Positions 20,204-29,242 of a stretch of 64,000 nt of DNA are shown in pieces. Made by a program: the position numbers and the translations under genes. Position 1 is the stretch's first letter; each line of letters starts with the position of its first letter. The notes under the pieces are model-generated. The model was not told where the DNA came from. It saw only the letters and a program-made list of their open reading frames with translations, and searched no databases. The stretch is from a virus. The stretch is from IMG/VR virus record IMGVR_UViG_3300013126_000026, positions 4,337 to 68,336 of that record. One strand, written 5' to 3'.

Positions 20204-20554
20204 TTATTTACTGTCAACCTTTTCCGACTTTAGGATTTTCACCAATACCTCGTTGCGAAAGTCTTGTTCCTTACGGACTCTCTTTTCATCATGCTTTACG
20301 CCAAAAAGCATTCTATCGTACTTTCTAGCCCATTCAATACCTTCTAACCAACGTTCCAATTCATTAACAGTTCCTACAAAAATTTCAGCATCACGGCTAT
20401 AAGGAGGTAGTGATTGATTGTCTTTAGGGATTATAGCAAGATCACCAAACCCAAAACCATTATTGTAGTCTCTAACTTTGGTAATTAAAAAACCAAGCTC
20501 ATTACACTTTGCCTCAATTCTTTTAATCTGTAAAATTATTTCGTATCCACTCAT
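20204..20554 (-). CDS. Hypothetical protein
   Basis: ORF. Confidence 0.65.
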   Translation of the reverse strand: MSGYEIILQIKRIEAKCNELGFLITKVRDYNNGFGFGDLAIIPKDNQSLPPYSRDAEIFVGTVNELERWLEGIEWARKYDRMLFGVKHDEKRVRKEQDFRNEVLVKILKSEKVDSK

Positions 20555-20612
20555 ATATCACCAACTTGAATTGTAAAACACTTTGCGACCTAAAAACAAT
20601 TCTGCTTTAGCA

Positions 20613-20813
20613 TCAACTCCATTTCAATCCATAAAAAGTAACATATCGTTCATCAACAAAATAAAATTCCACTGAACTGGTACCGTGTGTAGAGGGAGCG
20701 AACCATGTCCATGCGAAGTCTTTATTAAGTTGTAGTCCGTCTTTTATAAGTTCATACTTTAATGCTAATGCGTCAAACGGTTTGAGCCCTTCTATTCTTA
20801 ATACATTATTCAC
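20613..20813 (-). CDS. Hypothetical protein (FxLKWS C-terminus)
   Basis: ORF overlapping its neighbour. Confidence 0.6.
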   Translation of the reverse strand: MNNVLRIEGLKPFDALALKYELIKDGLQLNKDFAWTWFAPSTHGTSSVEFYFVDERYVTFYGLKWS

Positions 20814-21016
20814 AAGTACCTATTTTTCAATTCTTTACGCACTGCCTCAATCGCTTTGTTCCAACCTTCATCATCACCTACCCATTTAATTTTAGTTAAT
20901 TCACTATCTAAATCTTTGACTATATGCTTTGCTATGCTACGGCATACAGCCATATCCTTGTAAGCACTATCAATACCTTTTATGCTTTCGTTTAGTATTC
21001 TTTCAAGATTAGTCAT
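20810..21016 (-). CDS. Hypothetical protein
   Basis: ORF overlapping both neighbours. Confidence 0.6.
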   Translation of the reverse strand: MTNLERILNESIKGIDSAYKDMAVCRSIAKHIVKDLDSELTKIKWVGDDEGWNKAIEAVRKELKNRYL

Positions 21017-21213
21017 TTGATTTTCGCTAACACTTCAATTGCCAAATCAGTATCATTTATAGTATCACAATAAGCTGCCATCATCATTTGATAAGCAATC
21101 TCAGCATCTGGTCCGTGTTTAGCAACAATCTTTCTAACTTCATTTTGATCCTTTGCTACCCAAAGTAAGTTAGCAATCATAGCTTGATTTTTATTTCCTA
21201 AATGAAGTTCCAT
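21013..21213 (-). CDS. Hypothetical protein
   Basis: ORF. Confidence 0.6.
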   Translation of the reverse strand: MELHLGNKNQAMIANLLWVAKDQNEVRKIVAKHGPDAEIAYQMMMAAYCDTINDTDLAIEVLAKIK

Positions 21214-21214
21214 A

Positions 21215-21940
21215 TTATAACACCTTTACACGATTAAGTTGGGTTTGATTGTCACGATGAGCCTTTACCGTACCATGGGCAACAATCAACTTGCCTGGAT
21301 CAATGGACTGCTTGTAACTGAAAAACACAGCCTGATCGTCAGTAGTCACACCACTAATAAAGTATGTATTCCATTGTTGGCTGAAGATACTACGCACCAC
21401 CTCTATATTGACACGAACCTTGTCACCAACACTACCGATAAAGCCACCAGTAGCATGTTCAAGTTTACGATTAATTGTATCACGCTTGACACCACGCTCA
21501 TAGCAACTTGGTAGACTTGCGATAATAGCAATGTCCAACATGTTTTCAATTTCATCACGGTTGCTTATGACCAACGCATTATTGTCAAACTCACTAAGAA
21601 GTTTACCTTGGAGGATCTTAAAAGTAAGCCCTTGATAATAGCTACGCACTAATTTAGCCTGCTCACGATCGGCATCGGTGATTTGACTAGGATCAGCAAG
21701 TAGTCGGGAAATAATCATACGATTAGTTTCCTTAGCTGGACCCTGTGGTGAGTTGGGTAGAATTTCTTCGGCTGCAGCGTATGAAGCTACCATTTTAACA
21801 TACCCACCGTTGATGCGTTGGGCAGCAACAGCACATACCCAAACTTCATCGGCATTGTATTTGATTTGTGTGGACTTTTTACTTGCTACTTTAGATATGT
21901 TTGCTGCTGAAAGGTTGTTGTATGACTTACGAAAGTACAT
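21215..21940 (-). CDS. Hypothetical early protein, C-terminal OB-fold-like
   Basis: GSVGDK...GTVKAH...TQLNRVK; early promoter upstream. Confidence 0.7.
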   Translation of the reverse strand: MYFRKSYNNLSAANISKVASKKSTQIKYNADEVWVCAVAAQRINGGYVKMVASYAAAEEILPNSPQGPAKETNRMIISRLLADPSQITDADREQAKLVRSYYQGLTFKILQGKLLSEFDNNALVISNRDEIENMLDIAIIASLPSCYERGVKRDTINRKLEHATGGFIGSVGDKVRVNIEVVRSIFSQQWNTYFISGVTTDDQAVFFSYKQSIDPGKLIVAHGTVKAHRDNQTQLNRVKVL

Positions 21941-21970
21941 AAAAATCTCCGTTTTTCACAATATGTAATC

Positions 21971-21999
21971 ATTATATACCCGTGTCCATTTATTGTCAA
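21971..21999 (-). promoter_or_regulatory. sigma70-type early promoter
   Basis: TTGACAATAAAT...TATAAT; near-identical to the copy at 4-32. Confidence 0.75.
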
Positions 22000-22005
22000 C
22001 CTAAT

Positions 22006-22230
22006 TTAGTGGTGTAAGTCTTCAATATTTTGATTAGTTGGGTTGGTAAATTGTTTGTATTTACACATATCCTCAAAAGTCTTCCACAGTTTGTCAAACT
22101 TGTGGTCATACAAAGTAGCCAAACTATTAAAATCATTAGGTGTTGCTTGTTGGTCTGCTAACAATTTAATATCGTCAGTGACTTTCCAACAGTCTAATAT
22201 ACTTTGTTCAAGGTCAAATCTATCACTCAT
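22006..22230 (-). CDS. Hypothetical protein (MSDRFDLEQ...)
   Basis: ORF, internal ATG used as start. Confidence 0.6.
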   Translation of the reverse strand: MSDRFDLEQSILDCWKVTDDIKLLADQQATPNDFNSLATLYDHKFDKLWKTFEDMCKYKQFTNPTNQNIEDLHH

Positions 22231-22338
22231 TTTTATCCCATTTATCAATATTGTTTTGACTACCGACAATTGCGAAACCAATCGCAACAATTAAACCAAA
22301 TAATGTACAAAGAAAAATTCCATAAATCATTCCGTCAC

Positions 22339-22536
22339 TCATTTACTTACTCCAAAATGTTTTTTCATTACTTCTCTACTTATGGTTGGTGTGTTATTTT
22401 CAGCAATAGTAGCACATTCACTAATTAGTAACTCAGCGAAACGGACAAGAAAGTTTTGTTTTGTTTCCCAACTTGTTTCAGATTGAACATGACTTGATGC
22501 TGCTTTATTCCATACTGTTTTAAGATTATCATTCAT
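22339..22536 (-). CDS. Hypothetical protein (MNxRIR paralog family)
   Basis: RFAELLISEC...MKKHFG. Confidence 0.65.
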   Translation of the reverse strand: MNDNLKTVWNKAASSHVQSETSWETKQNFLVRFAELLISECATIAENNTPTISREVMKKHFGVSK

Positions 22537-22576
22537 TTTGTTTCGCCTGCTAAAATTCCCCAACCTGTATCGTAGC

Positions 22577-22867
22577 TCATTTGATAGCCTCTTTTTGAAA
22601 CATAAGGAAAAGATGTTTTTTATGTCGTGGTTCCCATGCTTTTGCTTTTGGTCCACACATATTATCTATTCTCATTGAACTACAAAATTGATAAAAACTT
22701 GGTGTACTGCTTCCATTTACTGGGTCATATCTTGCCTGAATCATTGATTCTGGTAATGTACATCTAAAACCATGACTATTTCTTAAAAGCCTATCCATGA
22801 AACTGGCTTTGCTATGTTTACAATCACTACACTTAAAGGTGCGGTCATATTCTTTCTGAAAGTCCAT
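22577..22867 (-). CDS. Cys-rich hypothetical protein
   Basis: CSDC...C...C...C. Confidence 0.6.
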   Translation of the reverse strand: MDFQKEYDRTFKCSDCKHSKASFMDRLLRNSHGFRCTLPESMIQARYDPVNGSSTPSFYQFCSSMRIDNMCGPKAKAWEPRHKKHLFLMFQKEAIK

Positions 22868-23118
22868 AATTTCCTACCAATCAATTCTAATACGGGTATT
22901 TGCTTTTTGGTTCCAATACACTCATTGGTCAACCTGTTTGTTTTTGTGTTTTGGGGTACGCTTGTACCCATCTTTACGCTTAACAACTTTTGGTTTAAAG
23001 GGACTATCTTCACTAAACAACAAAAAGTGTTGGCGTGAATTAGGACGCTGAAACTTATGTGATTTTGTGTCGATCTTCATAATACCCTCAGTATAGCAGA
23101 GTGTTTATTTATTGTCAA

Positions 23119-23448
23119 TTACTTGAATGTGTTTAATACAGGGTCATGCTCTTTGATTAGTTGCGTTTCTACAACATGTGCCTCACGCTTACCACGAACT
23201 ACGTCCAAATAACTGAATGTAAACTGTTCAGGACCATATTTACGTAATGCTAAACTAAGCGACCAATTCTTGTCCTCAGTCATAGCACGTTGCAAATGCT
23301 TTTGCATACGACGGTGTAATGTCCTATAGATGTTGCCACTATATGATAATGCAGTCAATCCAATATACTCCATGCCTGTTTCAGTATGGGTAATCACGTA
23401 AATAACATGATTACGATCGGATCTGCGCTTGCGTGTTTTTGTCATCAT
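23119..23448 (-). CDS. Short GIY-YIG nuclease
   Basis: VIY...YIG, R, E, LN. Confidence 0.8.
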   Translation of the reverse strand: MMTKTRKRRSDRNHVIYVITHTETGMEYIGLTALSYSGNIYRTLHRRMQKHLQRAMTEDKNWSLSLALRKYGPEQFTFSYLDVVRGKREAHVVETQLIKEHDPVLNTFK

Positions 23449-23454
23449 GTATGC

Positions 23455-23483
23455 ATTATATGCCCAAACCCATTTATTGTCAA
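23455..23483 (-). promoter_or_regulatory. sigma70-type early promoter
   Basis: TTGACAATAAAT...TATAAT, 17-nt spacer. Confidence 0.75.
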
Positions 23484-23494
23484 TGCAAATTTGA

Positions 23495-23938
23495 CTATTT
23501 TTTAAGCAGGAAATCCAAGATTTTTTGTTGTTTTTTCACAACATCCAGTTCCCATGGCAACATTTTGTACTGATTATAGCACATATTCCTTAATTCTGTA
23601 AAGCTACAATATACCTTGTTTTCCCAAACATATTCCGCATTTCTGCTATAAGTCAATTGCCCTGTATGGATTTGGGATACATGTATCAACTCGTGTGAAA
23701 GCACATATACACATTCTTGGTAAGACAAATTACTGTTTAATCGTATGCGATTTTTTATCCTACTATCAAGCACTGTTTCGCCGTAATTGTTTTGTGCTAG
23801 GTTGCTAAACTCAATGATAATTTGATCTGGTAAAGATAATTCTGATTTTACTTTCTGACATACATTATTCAACAACTGCTCTTTTATATAATCATTTGGT
23901 ATGCCTTTATTGTATACGTATTTGACCTCCATAGCCAA
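23495..23938 (-). CDS. HEXXH metallopeptidase-like protein
   Basis: LSHELIHVSQ...PWE. Confidence 0.7.
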   Translation of the reverse strand: MAMEVKYVYNKGIPNDYIKEQLLNNVCQKVKSELSLPDQIIIEFSNLAQNNYGETVLDSRIKNRIRLNSNLSYQECVYVLSHELIHVSQIHTGQLTYSRNAEYVWENKVYCSFTELRNMCYNQYKMLPWELDVVKKQQKILDFLLKK

Positions 23939-23939
23939 T

Positions 23940-23959
23940 AAAAAAGGGGCAATAACCCC
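23940..23959 (-). terminator. Intrinsic terminator
   Basis: GGGG-TTATTG-CCCC followed by a U run. Confidence 0.55.
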
Positions 23960-23961
23960 AA

Positions 23962-24462
23962 TTAATAAAACGCCCCGTATATACTTAATCCTTCGTTTCG
24001 CATACGTTTAATAGTTGGGCACAATGAACTACATACCCCAAACGTACGTAAATTTACAGTGCTAAACAATCCACTATCATAACTTTCTGGTATTGCCATA
24101 ATACTATTACTATTGATTGGTTGTTCTGCGAATGTCCATAACTTACCATTGCTTACATTATACGAAGGTTGTAATGGTAATTGTACATAAAAATAATTTG
24201 GATAGTCTGCTTGGTTCTGCGATTGTAACCATGTATACATGTCCTCGTTATGAGCATAGATATAAAACCTACGTCCTTTTAAATATGCTGGAGTAACTTC
24301 TGTAGTAGGAACATCAGCCCCTAAGTAAATTTTGCCATCGACACGCCATGCATCAACCATAACACTAAAGCCTTGACCAAAGGCTTTTCCTATTTGTTTA
24401 GGAGTATTTTCTGTTTGTGGATCTTGCCCGTTAGTAAGACCTCTGAATGAAATATAGAGCAT
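23962..24462 (-). CDS. Hypothetical protein, GDPD/PLC-like phosphodiesterase fold possible
   Basis: ISxRG...EN...D pattern. Confidence 0.55.
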   Translation of the reverse strand: MLYISFRGLTNGQDPQTENTPKQIGKAFGQGFSVMVDAWRVDGKIYLGADVPTTEVTPAYLKGRRFYIYAHNEDMYTWLQSQNQADYPNYFYVQLPLQPSYNVSNGKLWTFAEQPINSNSIMAIPESYDSGLFSTVNLRTFGVCSSLCPTIKRMRNEGLSIYGAFY

Positions 24463-24469
24463 TCATTAT

Positions 24470-24967
24470 TTATTCTTTAATCTGCTCAACTTCCACTTTG
24501 CTTTGTTTTAAGAACTTAATACCACTGTCATCACGATATTGTTGTCCATAAAATACACGTTTGATTCCTGATTGATAGATCAATTTAGCGCAATCCAAAC
24601 AAGGACTATGTGTGATGAAAATATCAGCACCTAATCCTGATTCGGTTGATCTAGCTAATTTACTAATAGCGTTGCTTTCTGCATGTAAAACCTCACGTTT
24701 TGTAAGCAATCTATAGTGTGTATTGATTTCGTGATTTTCTAACCAAAACTTTCCAAACAATGGATAATCATCAGGTGATTTATCATGTGGCATAAACTCT
24801 ACAGTTTCACATTCATTATCCCAACCACTAGGCATGCCGTTGTATCCTATGCTTATTATTCTGTCATCTTTTACAACGATAGCCCCCACGTGTAAACGAT
24901 TGGCAGTACTCAGTTCAGCAAATCGTTTTGCTACATCCATATATGCTACTTTAAATTTATCTTTCAT
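24470..24967 (-). CDS. dCMP deaminase
   Basis: GYNG, HAE, PCLDC; start moved to MKDKF because the longer track ORF runs into a tRNA. Confidence 0.93.
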   Translation of the reverse strand: MKDKFKVAYMDVAKRFAELSTANRLHVGAIVVKDDRIISIGYNGMPSGWDNECETVEFMPHDKSPDDYPLFGKFWLENHEINTHYRLLTKREVLHAESNAISKLARSTESGLGADIFITHSPCLDCAKLIYQSGIKRVFYGQQYRDDSGIKFLKQSKVEVEQIKE

Positions 24968-24976
24968 ATTGATCTT

Positions 24977-25051
24977 TGGAGCGGGTAGTCGGATTCGAAC
25001 CGACGACATTTTCCTTGGCAAGGAAACATTCTACCCCTGAATTATACCCGC
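24977..25051 (-). tRNA. tRNA-Gly(GCC)
   Basis: Cloverleaf, anticodon loop TTGCCAA, encoded CCA. Confidence 0.9.
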
Positions 25052-25066
25052 AATAAAATTTACAAC

Positions 25067-25142
25067 TGGAGCGGGTAGTGGGATTCGAACCCATCTATTG
25101 AGGTTTGGAAGACCGCCGTGTAACCGTAAACACTTTACCCGC
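25067..25142 (-). tRNA. tRNA-Gly(TCC)
   Basis: Cloverleaf, loop CTTCCAA, CCA; 5' end overlaps the endonuclease stop. Confidence 0.9.
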
Positions 25143-25635
25143 TTTGTAATTTTTTTAAACGCCATACTTCTTTTTGTTTAGCTATTGACTCAGGGGATCT
25201 TTTTCTACCCTTTAGAGAATCTGATATCCGCAATTTACTTTCTTCGGTATGATTTTTTCCTTTGAAAGGAGTATTTCCAGGATGACCCATTTTAGATTTA
25301 GTTTCTTCTTTATGTCGTTTTCCTTTAAATTTAGCAATACCTGATTTATTAATGTAGTCAAATCCACCAGAACCACCTCTACGAAGATTGTAACAATCTT
25401 CTCGTTCAAGAAATTCTTCGGTTATTAATTCTTTTTCTCTTGCATACATTTCTTCTGAAGTGTCGAACGTTTCAAGTATTGTCTTTTTGAAATTTACAAT
25501 TCCGTATTTTTCGATAGCAGAGCAAATAATTTTTCCGCTACCCATATAACCATCATTTAAATTTTTGGTTTTATGAACACCAATGTAGATTTTATTATTC
25601 ACGAGATTCGTTATCTTATACAAGTAATAGAACAT
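25135..25635 (-). mobile_element. Free-standing GIY-YIG homing endonuclease (Seg-like, NUMOD3-type repeats)
   Basis: YLY...IYIG, YMGSG, repeated KGKxHxEE; TATAAATA at 25662-25655. Confidence 0.88.
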
Positions 25636-25683
25636 AGAAATTCCTCCTTAATTATATTTATAAAAAAATCCAAAAATGTGAAC

Positions 25684-25712
25684 GCTAAGTCCTCTCCCAG
25701 GAGAATACCCGC
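25684..25712 (-). pseudogene. Orphan 5' half of a tRNA-Gly
   Basis: GCGGGTA acceptor strand identical to the adjacent Gly tRNAs, CTC/GAG D-stem, ends at the anticodon stem. Confidence 0.55.
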
Positions 25713-25719
25713 ATGACTT

Positions 25720-26193
25720 TTATTTAATCACTAAGTTATAATCACTATATTTTTCTTTTGCGTATTTAATAATATTAGGATCTTTAGAATATACATGCAT
25801 TGAAACACCTAAAATTACACGTATGTTTTTTATCTTTTGCTGATTATACATATCTTCTACCCATTGTAATAACTCTACACTAGGTATCTTACCACCCATG
25901 TTAACATCTAAAAATTTATGTCCATCAATAATACGCTCAACTAGTATAACACCAATTTTATCAGGCTTAAAGTTTATTGGAACAATATTATTGTATTTCC
26001 AAAAACATTTAAATGTAACACATGGGTCGTATGGTCTGTAATCATAAATCATACAACCACTTGATCCTTTATAAGCACAAGGTTTACCTTGATAAAACTT
26101 ATGCCCATGAGCTACACCTGTCAACCAGCCATCACAACACTTAGTACACCCATCGCAATCACGCTCACTTTTAATAGGTATTACTAGTGCCAT
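25720..26193 (-). CDS. Cys-cluster protein (YkgJ-like CxxCxxCC)
   Basis: CDGCTKCC...C...CMIY..RP..C..F.C. Confidence 0.7.
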   Translation of the reverse strand: MALVIPIKSERDCDGCTKCCDGWLTGVAHGHKFYQGKPCAYKGSSGCMIYDYRPYDPCVTFKCFWKYNNIVPINFKPDKIGVILVERIIDGHKFLDVNMGGKIPSVELLQWVEDMYNQQKIKNIRVILGVSMHVYSKDPNIIKYAKEKYSDYNLVIK

Positions 26194-26630
26194 TACCTTA
26201 ATAAGTATTCATAATTAACTGTGTTGGCATTTTCACGTAATACAATAGCACCATTCTTTAAATGAAATCTTTTAGCCAGTTCAGTCTTTGGACTAAGTGT
26301 TACAAAACGATTAATTTTTGGATTATTGCTTTTAATAAAGTCTACACTATCTAATATAAGTTGACGACCAGCACCTGGCTTATAACTCCATATAGTATAA
26401 AATATAGCAACGACTGGTTCAATGTTCGATACAAACAACTCGTTTTCATCTGTAGGAACTTCACTAACGTAGCTAACACAAGTAATTGCTTGAACCTTGT
26501 CTTCTTCTGGCAACACAAAAATGTCTTTGTTATTTCCTATTCTATCTGTACTTGGAATATGTGGTCTTACTGGATCTTCTAGTAAATAATTAATAAATTT
26601 ATCTGATAAGTCTTGTATCAAGTGTAGCAT
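26193..26630 (-). CDS. Conserved phage protein, GNAT-like
   Basis: DPVRP, FYTIWSY..GAG, VTLSP, FHLKNGA. Confidence 0.65.
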   Translation of the reverse strand: MLHLIQDLSDKFINYLLEDPVRPHIPSTDRIGNNKDIFVLPEEDKVQAITCVSYVSEVPTDENELFVSNIEPVVAIFYTIWSYKPGAGRQLILDSVDFIKSNNPKINRFVTLSPKTELAKRFHLKNGAIVLRENANTVNYEYLLR

Positions 26631-26645
26631 GTTATTATAGTTATA

Positions 26646-26846
26646 AGTGTTTAGCTACTGACCCATTCAGCCCTAAACTGAGTTGTTTACCCTGTCCCAA
26701 CAGTATATATTATGGAAGTTACTGTAACTACCTAAGATTTTTCTATCACTCATGTATATTGAGTTTTGCGGTAGATCCTACACCGTGTAGTTATGGAAAC
26801 TACAATACCCACTTTGTATAACGGTAAAGTGTAACCCGGGGTCTGT
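26646..26846 (-). ncRNA. Unidentified multi-hairpin structured RNA downstream of a tRNA
   Basis: No ORF; at least five hairpins closed by GACCC/GGGTC. Confidence 0.55.
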
Positions 26847-26880
26847 TTATTTATACTATAAACTACTACTATTATAAATT

Positions 26881-26957
26881 TGGTGGTCAGGGCGATACTT
26901 GAAATCGCACATTCCAACTTATGAAATTGGTTCTACTTCCTCTTAAGATACCTGACC
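26881..26957 (-). tRNA. tRNA-CAT (Met or Ile2), atypical
   Basis: GGTCAGG/CCTGACC acceptor, loop TTCATAA, divergent T arm, CCA. Confidence 0.75.
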
Positions 26958-26966
26958 ATAAATTAT

Positions 26967-27043
26967 TGGTGCCCCCTCTCGGAATCGAACCAAGGACCCA
27001 CCGGTTATGAGCCGGGCGCTGCTAACCTCTGAGCTAAGGGGGC
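26967..27043 (-). tRNA. tRNA-CAT (Ile2-like)
   Basis: GCCCCCT acceptor, loop CTCATAA, CCA. Confidence 0.88.
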
Positions 27044-27048
27044 AAAAC

Positions 27049-27122
27049 TGGTCTCGGATGCAAGAATCGAACTTGCGCCTCATGCTCCCAAAGCACGAAT
27101 GATACCATTTCACCAATCCGAG
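27049..27122 (-). tRNA. tRNA-Pro(TGG)
   Basis: Cloverleaf, loop TTTGGGA, CCA. Confidence 0.9.
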
Positions 27123-27131
27123 ATACATCTT

Positions 27132-27207
27132 TGGTGGAGGATAACGGGTTCGAACCGATGACCTATAGCTTGCAAAGCTACCGCTCTCCCAACTGAGCTA
27201 ATCCCCC
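27132..27207 (-). tRNA. tRNA-Ala(TGC)
   Basis: G3:U70 pair, loop TTTGCAA, CCA. Confidence 0.93.
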
Positions 27208-27214
27208 AAAATAC

Positions 27215-27436
27215 TTAAATCTTTTTACTTTCTAAAGCTTTAAATGCTTCTTCTTCCTCTTGTGTTACTTCTTGTAATTTGTATTCATTTAGTTTAAAAT
27301 GATATTCTGTTTCTGTCAGTCCATGCCAACCAATACAATACCCAGTTGGGCTTCTACCACACCCACATTTACCAAACTGTTCTGAATTTTCTGTTACTCT
27401 AACTTGCACTTTTTCGCCTTCTAAATCTATATTCAA
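27215..27436 (-). CDS. CDGSH-type iron-sulfur domain protein
   Basis: CGCGRS...C.G.H. Confidence 0.7.
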   Translation of the reverse strand: MNIDLEGEKVQVRVTENSEQFGKCGCGRSPTGYCIGWHGLTETEYHFKLNEYKLQEVTQEEEEAFKALESKKI

Positions 27437-27716
27437 AATCTTCCATTATTGTACGGTTTTCATACCTTACACGGTCTCTACGATTTTCACTTGCTGTACC
27501 CCAATATAAATGTTTTGGATTACTACATTTTCCATTGTTACAAGCATGACATACATGTATCATATGCCCACTTGGTATTGTTGTCTCTAGTAAATGGGCA
27601 AGTAGACCTTTACAATATGTGCTACCACCGCCACGCTCAATACAGCAATCATCCAAGTCTAAATGCTCTTGTCTAATATCTTTTGGTAGTTTGATGTATT
27701 CGTAAATATCTTTCAT
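27399..27716 (-). CDS. Zinc-binding HNH/His-Cys-box-like protein
   Basis: VCHAC...CSNPKHLYWGT..EN. Confidence 0.7.
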   Translation of the reverse strand: MKDIYEYIKLPKDIRQEHLDLDDCCIERGGGSTYCKGLLAHLLETTIPSGHMIHVCHACNNGKCSNPKHLYWGTASENRRDRVRYENRTIMEDFEYRFRRRKSAS

Positions 27717-27731
27717 TCATTATTTATAGGT

Positions 27732-28331
27732 TTGGGTATCCAAATAAATAATTGTATGAATCCATATGAAATACTTGAAGTTGATAAAGATACATCAATT
27801 GAAGATATCAAAATCAAATACAAACAATTAGCAAACAAACATCATCCTGATAAAGGTGGTGATAGCGAAAAGTTTGTTTTGATTAATCTTGCGTATGACA
27901 TATTAACAGACCCAATTAAACGACAATCGTATGATGATCATGGAACCTTTTATGTTGATTCAAGTATTATAGTTGAAGCAAAACAAAAACTACACGATTT
28001 ATTCTATCAGTTTATCAATCCACATAATCCTGACAATCAAGATTTAATTATGACCATGAAGTTTGAACTAGAAAGTCAACATCAACGTAATCAAAGAAAA
28101 ATAGAACAAATTAAATCAAGCATTGAAAAATTAGACAAAGTAAAAAACAAACTAAAGTTAAAAAAGCAAACTATAAATCATATGGAAGAATTAGTTGACG
28201 AATCAATAAATCATTGTAAGTTAGATTTGGATACAGCGTTAAGAGAAGATAAAGTATTTTCCTATACCAAATTAATTCTTAACAATTATGATTATAGTGA
28301 TTTTGATTACTACGAAAAACTTCCAAAATAA
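27732..28331 (+). CDS. J-domain (DnaJ-like) protein
   Basis: NPYEIL...HHPDKGG...AY..L; start probably MNPYE. Confidence 0.88.
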   Translation: MGIQINNCMNPYEILEVDKDTSIEDIKIKYKQLANKHHPDKGGDSEKFVLINLAYDILTDPIKRQSYDDHGTFYVDSSIIVEAKQKLHDLFYQFINPHNPDNQDLIMTMKFELESQHQRNQRKIEQIKSSIEKLDKVKNKLKLKKQTINHMEELVDESINHCKLDLDTALREDKVFSYTKLILNNYDYSDFDYYEKLPK

Positions 28332-28340
28332 GTTGGATTC

Positions 28341-28622
28341 TTATAATAATCCACTAGCCCTACTTAAACCAACTATGTTGATACATATAGCATAAAATGT
28401 TGTCAATAATGGCCAAGCTAGTTTTCTACGTTTAACTGATAAAAAAGCACAAATTGCTCCCAATAAACTAAATGGATAGATATATACCATGTTAGGATCT
28501 TTTGCTGTAATAGCAAGCGACATACTTGCTGTCATATGGCAAAAAAAACTACATAGTTCTAAATAAAATGCTATTTTATCTGATGTATAACTGCTATGAA
28601 AAAAGTCACGTATTCTATGCAT
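28341..28622 (-). CDS. Small membrane protein
   Basis: Three hydrophobic segments. Confidence 0.65.
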   Translation of the reverse strand: MHRIRDFFHSSYTSDKIAFYLELCSFFCHMTASMSLAITAKDPNMVYIYPFSLLGAICAFLSVKRRKLAWPLLTTFYAICINIVGLSRASGLL

Positions 28623-28633
28623 ATAAGTAAGTT

Positions 28634-28710
28634 TGGTGCCCCAGGGGAGAGTCGAACTCCCAAAATTATGATCCTAAGTCATACACGTATGCCAGTTCCG
28701 TCACCGGGGC
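28634..28710 (-). tRNA. tRNA-Leu(TAG) with short variable arm
   Basis: 77 nt, loop CTTAGGA, CCA. Confidence 0.85.
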
Positions 28711-28778
28711 GTAAAAGAAAAATGCTACACGTTAGTATAGCATTTCTTATTTAAAAAGACAACTACTAAATTGTCCGT

Positions 28779-29228
28779 TTATTCTAAATTCAGTTTAGTA
28801 AACTCTCGTAATTCTTCCATAGAAGGACTAGATTGAACTTCAGTAGGATTATTCGTTACAAAGTTTTGAAAATCACTTTCTTCTGTGGCTCTTATTGATA
28901 ATTCATTACTATCAGGGAAAGCAAAAAGTTTTAGTCTATCTAAAGCAGCAACATAATTATTAATATTTGGATCTGTATCGCTAATATAATTACCTAAAGC
29001 TAACCAAGATTCAATTTCATTTTTAATTGACGGATGAACGTTTGGTTTAAGATTAGCTAACTTAGTTCTTAGTGTATTTTCCAATGGTTTATTTGGTAGT
29101 GTATAACCACTCATAAACGAATTATACGCCGAATCTTTCCTACTTTTACGATTTCTAAGTATTGCTAGGTATTCTGAAAAATAATATTTTTCTGCTACTT
29201 CATGTAAATTTTGATTATTAAACTTCAT
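28779..29228 (-). CDS. Hypothetical protein
   Basis: ORF. Confidence 0.6.
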   Translation of the reverse strand: MKFNNQNLHEVAEKYYFSEYLAILRNRKSRKDSAYNSFMSGYTLPNKPLENTLRTKLANLKPNVHPSIKNEIESWLALGNYISDTDPNINNYVAALDRLKLFAFPDSNELSIRATEESDFQNFVTNNPTEVQSSPSMEELREFTKLNLE

Positions 29229-29242
29229 TATTATTTTCCTTA

